Positions 51,129 to 59,599 of a stretch of 64,000 nt of DNA are shown here, in pieces. Source of the DNA: Myxococcota bacterium (GTDB lineage: Bacteria > Myxococcota_A > SURF-8 > G963663525). The stretch lies in assembly GCA_963676915.2 (NCBI GenBank), contig CAXXVK010000043.1, forward strand, positions 64,001 to 128,000, in the 5' to 3' direction. The translations under genes were made by a program, and so were the position numbers. The stretch's first letter is position 1; each line of letters starts with the position of its first letter. Under the pieces are notes generated by a model. That model was not told the origin of the DNA. It was given only the letters and a program-made list of their open reading frames with translations, and ran no database searches.

Positions 51129-54100
51129 TCAATCGACGATCACTCCCCATTCCACGGCGGTGAAACCTTCGCGAACGACGGGGAGAATCTCCGGTTGCGG
51201 GAGGCTCAAGGGGGCGTTTTCAGGGGAAATCACAAACCACAGCCTGAACAACGTTTCGGGAGTGGGGCTGATGTTGAGTCCTACCAGCGGATCGATGGAT
51301 TCAGCCGAAGTCAGTGGATAGATCGCGTAATAAGGTGCCGGGGGAAGGTGGGTGGTCCAGTAATCCACGAAATCGTAGGTTTCCGCGTTGGTCAGACCAT
51401 AGGAAGCCAGCGTAGAATTGAAGAAGTTTTCTAGCGATTCGGAAGCCACGGACCAGCCTTCGACCATCGGGAAACGGTGAGGGATTTCCGCTTCGTAGAA
51501 GAGATACCGGTACTGGCCGTCGATCAGGCCGTCCGGCGTGACTTCCACCGTCCAGCCGTTTGCATATTCGGGAATGGATTGCGTGATCTCACAACCGTAG
51601 TTCAGGTCGAGAGTCACCGTAACGTTTGTGGTTTCGGTGGGATAGAGGTAGAGGTTGGGTTTGTCTACCATCGCTTCGGAGGTCAGGGTCAGATCGAGCG
51701 TCGTGACCTGGCCGACCTGGATTTCTATATCCGTATGGCGGTCGCCCACTTCCCATTCGTTGCGGTCCGCCGTGATGGTGTAAGTTCCTGCATCCAATTC
51801 AAGCAGATAGTTTCCTTCACTGTCGCTGGTTGTTTCCGCTTGCAACTCGCCGTTCTGCCAGGCTGCGACGATGGCTCCTGCGGCCGGGCCGGTGTAAATC
51901 GGCGTTGTGGGGTCCATCTCGTATTCTTCAAGCGTTACCGAACCTTGAAGCGCTCCGGAATAGGATTGGACCGAATCGATTTTCTGGTACTCGATGATCG
52001 CCCGTCTCGTGCTTCGCGGTGCGGGATCAAGCGACAGTTCCAGCATATTGCCGGTGAAGAAATTCGGCCAGGGGTAGATCAGGAACGCTCCGTTGGAATA
52101 TTCCGGCAGCCAGTAATGGACGCTTTCGGCGAAGACACCGAAAAACGTATCGTGCCAGGTGTCCATGAAAACATCGGCTTCCGCTTCTGTCAGACCGGCA
52201 AAAAGCAATTGGTTTCGCAAGGTTGTGGCCAATTCCTCCCATTCCTCGGGAATGGCGAAATCGTCCTCGTTGAAACGATGGACCGGAATCACATTAACGA
52301 ATTCGAAACCCCAATTCAGGTTGGGAATTACAGCCCATGCCAGATCGGCTCCCACAATGTCGCATCCCGAGGGGTCGATGCATTCGCTTTTGGTATCCCG
52401 ATACAGGAAGATGGTTGGTCCGACACTTGTAACGAAATTGTTTCGGATGTCCAGACTCATCATAGGACCGTTTTCGGTTTCGATAAGGGTGGCCGTGCCG
52501 TCAAGAGGAGGATTGTATTCGGCGAAACGACCGGTGTAGAACAGCAGCTTGGAAACGGTGTCGTTGTAGGTCAGGCAGCTTGCATCGTCCACGACCCACT
52601 CGGGTAGCTGGTAGATTTCACGATCTTCCGGTTCGAATTCGTCGTAGTTGGGAGTCGGGGTCGGTGTGGTGGTGCATGCACCGTTGGAAACCTGCACGCC
52701 GTTCCAGGCGATTGACTGGCTGTTGGGAAGTTCCGGCCAGGTTTCGGTTGTGGTTCCCGTGGCGAATTCGACGCCGACGTTGAGCGTCATCGGGGCATCG
52801 GCGTAAATGTAAACCACCGGTTTGGCTGGAATCGCGCCCCAATAAAGTTCTGGACCGGCGGACATCCACGACGAACCGCTGCCGTTGCTGATATTGACAC
52901 CCCATTCGTGCAGGTCGTACCCCACCTGCTCGAAGCAATCGCCACCGCATTCTGCCATGTCTTCTTTGAAAGGAACGCAGATCGAGTCGTTGGGGCAATC
53001 ATCGTTGGTCATACATCCGTAATCTCCGATTCCGATGCAGGTTCCTACTCCATTAATGGACTGGCACAGCGAGCAGCCGTCGCAGTCGGCGTGAGTGGTG
53101 CACTGGGTAGCGCTGCAATTGGCCTTTGAAAACGTCGTGACACCGCACCAGTTGCAGGCAATGCCGAAGGTATTGGTATCGCCATCGTAGCTGCCTCCAC
53201 AGCCGATATCGTTCAGAGCAAGCGTCGTGTCTCCGCAACCCTGTTTCACGGCGGTGAAGGTCTGTCCGTTGAGCAGGTGGAAGATCAGGTCGTACGAGCA
53301 GTTTCCCGAGGCGGCGACTTCGATTTTCACGACCGATTCGCAGGTGTTTTGAGCGTCGGGGCAGAAGGTACCGTAAAACTCGTCGCAATCGCAGGACGGA
53401 TCGTCCTCGCAAACGCCGTAAGATCCATTGCGGTATGTGCAGGGGGCACCATCCGGGCAACTGTCGTTATCGCAACAGAACGGTGTTCCCTCCAGATCGG
53501 TGCCGTCTTCACAAGCGCCGTCGTCGTTGCAGAACCACCCTTGCTCGCAGTCGCACAGATGAGTGCAGGGAATCGGTTGAGGTTCGTTGCAGATGCTCAT
53601 GTCGCCGTTTCGGTATTGGCAAATCGCGCTGTCCGGGCAGTCCTGATTCTCACAGCAGAAGGGTACGCCGTCTCTCTCGTGGTCGTACTCACAGAATCCG
53701 TCATCGTTGCAGAACCATCCTTGATCACAGTCACAAAGATGGGTGCAGGAAGTTTGCTGGGCTTCGCAACGGTCGGCGGTGTTATCCCGAAAAACGCAAG
53801 GCGCGCCTTCGGTGCAACCTTCGTTTTCGCAGCAGAACGGCGTGCCGATGAGATCGGTTCCATCTTCGCAAACGCCGTCATCGTTACAGAACCATCCCTG
53901 ATCGCAGTCGCACAGGTGGGTGCAAGTGTCGGGCTGAGTTTCACCGCAGCGGCTGGCGGTGTCATCACGGAAAAGGCAGGGAGCGCCCTCGGTGCAGCCA
54001 GTATTTTCGCAGCAGAATGGCGTTCCTACCAGGCTGGTGCCATCCTCGCAGAACCCGTCGCTGTTGCAGAACCATCCCTGATCGCAGTCGCACAAGTGTG

Positions 54101-54269
54101 TGCAGGCGATTTGTTCGGGGGCGGTTTGTTCTTCTTCGTTACCAATTTCCTGTTCCGAAAGATCGTTGTCTCCCTGAATCGTCAGATCTGTCGATTCTTC
54201 GAAACAGCCGCTCAAAGCCACGATCAGGAAGCAGGTCCAGCCAAGCATCCACGTTTGGGTTCTCATCAT
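51129..54269 (-). CDS. Large lipoprotein: four Cys-rich repeats, 'HEWG..KPVVYIY' domain, carboxypeptidase-regulatory-like domain, 'KPNLYLYP..VEWG' domain
   Basis: GGAGG RBS, lipobox 'LSGC', motifs read in the translation. Confidence 0.85.
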   Translation of the reverse strand: MMRTQTWMLGWTCFLIVALSGCFEESTDLTIQGDNDLSEQEIGNEEEQTAPEQIACTHLCDCDQGWFCNSDGFCEDGTSLVGTPFCCENTGCTEGAPCLFRDDTASRCGETQPDTCTHLCDCDQGWFCNDDGVCEDGTDLIGTPFCCENEGCTEGAPCVFRDNTADRCEAQQTSCTHLCDCDQGWFCNDDGFCEYDHERDGVPFCCENQDCPDSAICQYRNGDMSICNEPQPIPCTHLCDCEQGWFCNDDGACEDGTDLEGTPFCCDNDSCPDGAPCTYRNGSYGVCEDDPSCDCDEFYGTFCPDAQNTCESVVKIEVAASGNCSYDLIFHLLNGQTFTAVKQGCGDTTLALNDIGCGGSYDGDTNTFGIACNWCGVTTFSKANCSATQCTTHADCDGCSLCQSINGVGTCIGIGDYGCMTNDDCPNDSICVPFKEDMAECGGDCFEQVGYDLHEWGVNISNGSGSSWMSAGPELYWGAIPAKPVVYIYADAPMTLNVGVEFATGTTTETWPELPNSQSIAWNGVQVSNGACTTTPTPTPNYDEFEPEDREIYQLPEWVVDDASCLTYNDTVSKLLFYTGRFAEYNPPLDGTATLIETENGPMMSLDIRNNFVTSVGPTIFLYRDTKSECIDPSGCDIVGADLAWAVIPNLNWGFEFVNVIPVHRFNEDDFAIPEEWEELATTLRNQLLFAGLTEAEADVFMDTWHDTFFGVFAESVHYWLPEYSNGAFLIYPWPNFFTGNMLELSLDPAPRSTRRAIIEYQKIDSVQSYSGALQGSVTLEEYEMDPTTPIYTGPAAGAIVAAWQNGELQAETTSDSEGNYLLELDAGTYTITADRNEWEVGDRHTDIEIQVGQVTTLDLTLTSEAMVDKPNLYLYPTETTNVTVTLDLNYGCEITQSIPEYANGWTVEVTPDGLIDGQYRYLFYEAEIPHRFPMVEGWSVASESLENFFNSTLASYGLTNAETYDFVDYWTTHLPPAPYYAIYPLTSAESIDPLVGLNISPTPETLFRLWFVISPENAPLSLPQPEILPVVREGFTAVEWGVIVD
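53410..54104 (-). repeat. Four ~180-bp coding tandem repeats (CTHLCDC.QGWFCN.DG.CE.....G.PFCC.N..C...A.C..R)
   Basis: Repeat starts at 54104, 53924, 53747 and 53567 (periods 180/177/180); similar at DNA level. Confidence 0.9.
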
Positions 54270-54350
54270 TGTTCCTCCCCCGTTACGGTATCGGATCATC
54301 GTATTCATCGTTGGTTCGGTTTTCAGTACGACACAATACTATTTATTGCA

Positions 54351-54366
54351 AGCAAGATGCCTGCCA
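54351..54366 (-). promoter_or_regulatory. sigma54 (-24/-12) promoter
   Basis: TGGCAGGCATCTTGCT (GG-N10-GC, near consensus TGGCAC-N5-TTGCW), ~80 nt upstream of ATG 54269. Confidence 0.6.
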
Positions 54367-54542
54367 GGACTGAATTAGTGTCAATCGTATGATATTCTTC
54401 ATGAAATCCTACTCTTCGATAGGAAAAATGTAAACCGAAATTGACACGTTGCCCGATATTGATGAACAATATACGTTACACTGTTTCGAAAATATCTCGT
54501 TTCGATCGTTGATCCGTCTTTTTATCCCCCGGGAGCTGTTCG

Positions 54543-55052
54543 ATGTCTGGCGTGTATCATCCGGTTACCAAGAAAATCACCGATCTTTTAACGCAACACG
54601 GATGCTGGTTCGAGACTTTCGAACACGAAGCCGTCCGAACCAGCGAGCAAGCCGCCGCCACCCGAACGGGTTATGGTTTGGATCAAGGCGCCAAGGCGCT
54701 TGTGGTGCGTCTCAAAGCACGGGACAAGACGAAATCATTCGTAATGCTGGTGTTTCCGGCTCACTGCAAATTCGACAAAACCAGTGTCAAAAAGCATTTC
54801 GATGCCAAGGATATCCGCTTCGCCACAGCGGAAGAGATCACTACATTGACGGGTGGTGTGCTCCCCGGTGGAATACCGCCTTTCGGATCGCTGTTCGGGG
54901 CACAAACCTGTGTCGATCCAACCTTGTTCGAGCGAGAAAAAATCGTTTTCAACGCCGGAGATCGTCGTTTTTCGGTAGCCATGATGTCGGCAGACTACCG
55001 CCTCCTCGAAGAACCGGAAGTGTTCAACATCATTGCCGATTCAGATGTGTGA
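54543..55052 (+). CDS. YbaK/ProX aminoacyl-tRNA trans-editing domain protein
   Basis: 'HEAVRTSEQAA..QGAKALV..IRFAT.EE..GGIPPFG..FNAG'. Confidence 0.9.
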   Translation: MSGVYHPVTKKITDLLTQHGCWFETFEHEAVRTSEQAAATRTGYGLDQGAKALVVRLKARDKTKSFVMLVFPAHCKFDKTSVKKHFDAKDIRFATAEEITTLTGGVLPGGIPPFGSLFGAQTCVDPTLFEREKIVFNAGDRRFSVAMMSADYRLLEEPEVFNIIADSDV

Positions 55053-55056
55053 ATCG

Positions 55057-56367
55057 TTAAATAACGTCGCCGCCTGAAGGGATCTGGAGCGAAGCCAGTT
55101 CCTGCATGGGATTCTGACGGACGTTTTCCTCGGAAGGTAGCCAGACCCAGAAGGTGGAGCCGACGTTTTCTTCGGAATGTACGCCGATTTTTCCTTTGAA
55201 GCGTTCCACCAGTCGTTTGACGGTGGAAAGTCCCACGCCGGTACCCATTACCCGACTACCGATAGCGTTGCTGGCCCGGTAGAAATCTTTGAACAGCTTG
55301 GGTTTGTCCGCTTCGGGGATGCCGATGCCGGTATCGCTGATTTCGACCCGAACCCCTTGGTTTTCCTCGAAAACCCGTACGTTGACCTTGCCGCCGGGGC
55401 GGTTGTATTTGATGGCGTTGGTCAAAAGCTGAGAAAAGACGATCGGTAGCAGTTCGCAGTCGAATCGCACACGGGGTAAGGGAGGCTGAATCTGGGGGGC
55501 GATAGCCACGTTTCGCTGGCGTGCGTCGGCGTCGTGCTTGACGATCTGCATCTCGATGGCTTCGCCGATATCCTCTCCTCGGACCTCTCCTTTGGCCTTG
55601 CCTTCACGAACCATGTTCATGCTTAGCAGATCTTCAACCATTTCCGCCATACCCTGGCTTTTCATGTCGATATCGTCCAGCGTGGCTTGAATTTCGGGGC
55701 TTGGGTTTTCGGATAATCTTCGCAGGCGTGTCGCTGCGGCGCGGAAGGATTTCAACGGTCCTTTCAGATCGGTGACGAGACTGTTGATGTAGTTGGCTTC
55801 GTAGCTTCCGCTTTCTTCTCGGCGGTTCAATTCGTGCTCCAGGCGTGCTGCATAGAGAACGTAGGACGCGCGTTTGGCAAGCGTGCGCAGGTCTTCCATG
55901 GCCTGTTCACCCAGTCCCAGTGGAGCGCCGGAGTTGATCGACTGCATGACGCCGATGACTTCGCCCCGATAGCGGATCGGTACGGCGGCTACGTCGGTCG
56001 TGGTGTAGCCGCTGCGTTCATCGTAGCTGGGATCGAAGTTCAGATCGGGATCGATGATTGACAATTCGCCGTAGGCATCGGGGACGACCACTTCTTTTTT
56101 CTTGACGGCCACATAACCGGAAATCGTCACGAGATCGATGGGAACTCTCAACTCGAAAGGTTTCAGACCGACGGCTACGCGGCTGACCAATTCCTGACTG
56201 GCTTCGTCCACCCAGAACACCGTTGTACGGTCTGCGCCCGTAAGCGAGCAGGCGGCTTTGGCAATGATGGCCAGAACTTCCTCAAGGCGGTGATCTCCAC
56301 TGGCGGCTTCGGAAACATCTCGAAGCACTTCATAGCGGCTGGCCAGATTTCTTGTAGTATCCCCCAT
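55057..56367 (-). CDS. GAF-domain sensor histidine-kinase-like protein lacking the H-box histidine
   Basis: GAF domain, 'LVTDLKGPL', N-box 'LLTNAIKY', G1 'DTGIGI', F 'LFKDF', G2 'GTGVGL'. Confidence 0.88.
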   Translation of the reverse strand: MGDTTRNLASRYEVLRDVSEAASGDHRLEEVLAIIAKAACSLTGADRTTVFWVDEASQELVSRVAVGLKPFELRVPIDLVTISGYVAVKKKEVVVPDAYGELSIIDPDLNFDPSYDERSGYTTTDVAAVPIRYRGEVIGVMQSINSGAPLGLGEQAMEDLRTLAKRASYVLYAARLEHELNRREESGSYEANYINSLVTDLKGPLKSFRAAATRLRRLSENPSPEIQATLDDIDMKSQGMAEMVEDLLSMNMVREGKAKGEVRGEDIGEAIEMQIVKHDADARQRNVAIAPQIQPPLPRVRFDCELLPIVFSQLLTNAIKYNRPGGKVNVRVFEENQGVRVEISDTGIGIPEADKPKLFKDFYRASNAIGSRVMGTGVGLSTVKRLVERFKGKIGVHSEENVGSTFWVWLPSEENVRQNPMQELASLQIPSGGDVI

Positions 56368-56750
56368 GCGTCTCTCCCCTTTGCGATCGGGCGGCAACGG
56401 TAACGTGTTTCCCTTTATAACGGTGAAAACTGCCCACCGATTCAACGATACTAGATCCTACAACCAAACGACGGCATTATCAAGTCTCAACCCCGGCTTT
56501 TGAAAATGGAAGGAAAAAGCGAAAAAAGGAAGAAGAAAGCAAAAATTTTTCGTTTTTGTCCATTTTCAATGCGAAATTGTGCACGAGAAAATGATAACTC
56601 TTTCTACGTGCAAAATGGGATGGAAATTTGCCAAATTTTCATCGACCTGCTACGTTTTTTTTCTGTTAATTAAGACATGACATCATTCATTTGGGGCACG
56701 AAACCGTGGGTGCGGAAAATTGTCCCGAACCGAGACAAAAGGAGGAAGAG

Positions 56751-58484
56751 GTGGAGATCGAAACACGTAATGGCGTCCCGATGATGACGTTGGATCACTT
56801 TGATGGGGAGTACGCCGACCGCCACCTTTTGCATGGTCTGGTCGCCAAGTGGGCCGCCGAAAAACCCGAAGCTTTGGCGATGATCAACCACAACACCAAA
56901 GATCGGGTCACCTGGGAACGCTTCGAACAGACCACAACCGCCTTGGCCTTGAAACTGCTCGATATGGGATTCAAAAAAGGCGATTTCTTCGCCTCCTCGC
57001 TTCCCCTGCTGACCGAACATGTATTTCTGGAATACGCCTGTTTCAAAATCGGCGTTGTCTTCGTTCCTTTGGATCTTCGTTTGAAGGGACCGGAAGTGAT
57101 CCGCAGTCTGAGTTTGGTCAACGCCAAAGGATATGCCTTTTTAGGAAAAACCGAGCACGCCGATTTCAGCGAGTTGGGCAAAGCCGTCCAGCAAAATTGT
57201 CCTTTTGTCGAACATTTCGTGCAATTCTCCGTCCCGGAAGAAACCATCGAGGGTGCAACGAATGCTTTTGCGTTGGCCGAGGAAGCCAAGACGTTGGCGA
57301 TGGAGGTTTTAGCCAATCCTGCCGAAAGCTCTTTGCTGGCGACGTTCACGAAAACCCGCGATTCCATAGACGAAAAAGACGGTGCGTTGGTGATTTTCAC
57401 CACCGGTTCGACCGGGTACCCCAAACCGGCTCTGTTATCCCACCGTGGAATCACCTGTCAGAACATGTGCTTAGGTCACGGTTTCGGCATGAAAGAGGGC
57501 GACCGGATGCTGGTCAACCTTCCTCCGTCTCATGTGGGTTGCCAGACCGAACAGTTGATGACGATGTTCTTCTTCGGTGCTACCGCCGTCCTGCTGCACA
57601 TTTTCGATCCGGCGCTGTCGCTCGAAGCGATTCAGGAACATAAAATCTCGGCGTTCGGGCAGATTCCCGCACTGTTCAATCTCGAATGGCGCTTGCCCAA
57701 TTACGACGAGTACGACCTTTCTACCCTGAAATTCGCCTTGTATGGTGGACAACAGGTGTCTCGGCAGTTTCTCGAAAAACTGGCGACGATGGCCGAAGGC
57801 TTCGGTACGGGACTGGGACTTACGGAATCCAGCGGATTTTGCACCTATTCTCCACTTAATGGCACGGTGGACGACATCCTCGCCGGCGTCGGGTTCGACA
57901 TGCCGGTGTATCCGATGACGATTCGTAAGCCTATGAAAGGAGATGGATCGGCGGGTGACATCGTTCCCGATGGTGAAACGGGCAACATCTGTTTCTGTGG
58001 TCCTCAGAATTTCCTTTGCTATGTCGGTAACGACGAGGCAACGAAAAAGACGATTTCCAAAGACGGCGTTTTATACACTGGTGATTTGGGATATCGGGAC
58101 GAAAAAGGGCTGCACTTTGCCGGACGTGCCAAGCATGTTATCAAACCTAAAGGATATCAAGTGTTTCCGGCGCAGGTCGAGGAGCATTTCTGCAATCTGA
58201 AAGAGAAAGTCGCCAACGCCGCCGCCGTGGGGATCGAGCACGAGATTTTCTCCGAGGGTATCGTTTGTTTCGTCGAGAAAAAGCCCGGTGTCGAACTGAC
58301 GGTGGAAGAATTGCAGGCTCATGCCAAAGGAATCGCCGGATACATGCGTCCGTCCCATTACGAAATTCTCGAACCTGGAGAATTGCCCCTGAACCGCGTG
58401 GCGAAAACGGATTACGTCTTCTTGAAAGGTTCGGCCCAAAAACTGATCGAAGGACTTCGCTCCCAGGGTGGTTGGGATAAGTAA
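56751..58484 (+). CDS. Acyl-CoA synthetase (class I adenylate-forming enzyme)
   Basis: 'FTTGSTGYPK', 'GLTE', 'YTGDLG', 'GRAK..I..KG..V.P..VE', 'K.D'. GGAGG RBS before GTG 56751. Confidence 0.92.
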   Translation: MEIETRNGVPMMTLDHFDGEYADRHLLHGLVAKWAAEKPEALAMINHNTKDRVTWERFEQTTTALALKLLDMGFKKGDFFASSLPLLTEHVFLEYACFKIGVVFVPLDLRLKGPEVIRSLSLVNAKGYAFLGKTEHADFSELGKAVQQNCPFVEHFVQFSVPEETIEGATNAFALAEEAKTLAMEVLANPAESSLLATFTKTRDSIDEKDGALVIFTTGSTGYPKPALLSHRGITCQNMCLGHGFGMKEGDRMLVNLPPSHVGCQTEQLMTMFFFGATAVLLHIFDPALSLEAIQEHKISAFGQIPALFNLEWRLPNYDEYDLSTLKFALYGGQQVSRQFLEKLATMAEGFGTGLGLTESSGFCTYSPLNGTVDDILAGVGFDMPVYPMTIRKPMKGDGSAGDIVPDGETGNICFCGPQNFLCYVGNDEATKKTISKDGVLYTGDLGYRDEKGLHFAGRAKHVIKPKGYQVFPAQVEEHFCNLKEKVANAAAVGIEHEIFSEGIVCFVEKKPGVELTVEELQAHAKGIAGYMRPSHYEILEPGELPLNRVAKTDYVFLKGSAQKLIEGLRSQGGWDK

Positions 58485-58564
58485 CGCTGCGTTTCGGGAG
58501 GACATGATCTGTTCTCCCGAATTCGTCCGAAATGCTTCAAATCGGTAGAAACCGGGAAAAACTC

Positions 58565-59434
58565 ATGCAGATCGATCCCAGCGTGGTCGGACATCGTATC
58601 GACGCCATTGAAAGAACTCTATCGTGGCGGGAAACCACCAATTATGCTGCGGCGGTAGGGGATGCCAATCCCCGTTTTCTGGACGATACCCAGCCTGGTG
58701 GATTGGTGGCGCATCCGTTGTTTGCCACCGCGTTGACCTGGCCGCTGATGGAAACGTTTCGTGAAAATCTCCCGCCGGGAGTGCCGGGAGAAGCGATTCT
58801 TTCGATGGTACATGCCTCCGAACGATTGACGTTGCATCGGGCGATTCGTCCCGGTGACAAGCTGACGATTTCCGGGCATATCGCGGATCGCATCGTGACT
58901 TCCGCCGGAACGCTGCTGGTGCTCGAAAGCCGTGGCGTCGATTCTCACGAAACGCCTGTATTTACCGAACAGGCCAACGTGCTGTTTCGGGGTGTCGGTG
59001 CGGATAAAGAATTGAAATCAAAGCAGAAAATAGAGAATCCTGTTTTTGGGAAAGAACCGGACTGGAGCCACGAACTTCCGATTTCTCCAACGTTGCCTTT
59101 TGTCTACGATGGTTGTTCGGACATCGTCTTTCCGATTCATACGTCGGTGGGATTCGCTAAGATGGTGGGATTGCCGGGAATTATCGTGCAGGGGACGGCG
59201 TTGCTGGCGCTTGCCGCGTCAGCTCTTATGGATCGTTGCGGCAGTGGAAATCCCGAGCGACTGTTGGAAATCGGTTGCGGATTTCGCTCGGTGGTCGTGC
59301 CGGATCAGACCGTATCTCTCAACGTCTGGGAGATATCTCAGGAGGACGGAACGGAGACAGTCGTCTTCGAAATGCTCGATGCCAACGGTAAAAAAGCGCT
59401 GATCGATGGCCACGCCCGGTTTTCCGCATCGTAA
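58565..59434 (+). CDS. MaoC-like double hot-dog (R)-specific enoyl-CoA hydratase
   Basis: 'YAAAVGD.NP', 'MVHASE', 'D..FPIH...FAK..GLPG.I.QG'. Confidence 0.85.
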   Translation: MQIDPSVVGHRIDAIERTLSWRETTNYAAAVGDANPRFLDDTQPGGLVAHPLFATALTWPLMETFRENLPPGVPGEAILSMVHASERLTLHRAIRPGDKLTISGHIADRIVTSAGTLLVLESRGVDSHETPVFTEQANVLFRGVGADKELKSKQKIENPVFGKEPDWSHELPISPTLPFVYDGCSDIVFPIHTSVGFAKMVGLPGIIVQGTALLALAASALMDRCGSGNPERLLEIGCGFRSVVVPDQTVSLNVWEISQEDGTETVVFEMLDANGKKALIDGHARFSAS

Positions 59435-59599
59435 AATCGATAGGAACGCCTTTTTCAATCAACATTTACACGAACCGTGGTGACGGTTTTCGTCCTATCC
59501 ATGAAAAAAACCATGGCGATGTTTGCCGGTTTTTCATACCGTAATGCGTAATGTGAAATCGTGACTGTGAATACTGCTGAAAAACACAAGGAATTCTCG

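Noticed and set aside
53410-54104. CRISPR-like periodic repeats
   Set aside because: ~180-bp in-frame coding repeats with synonymous divergence; no spacers or cas genes.
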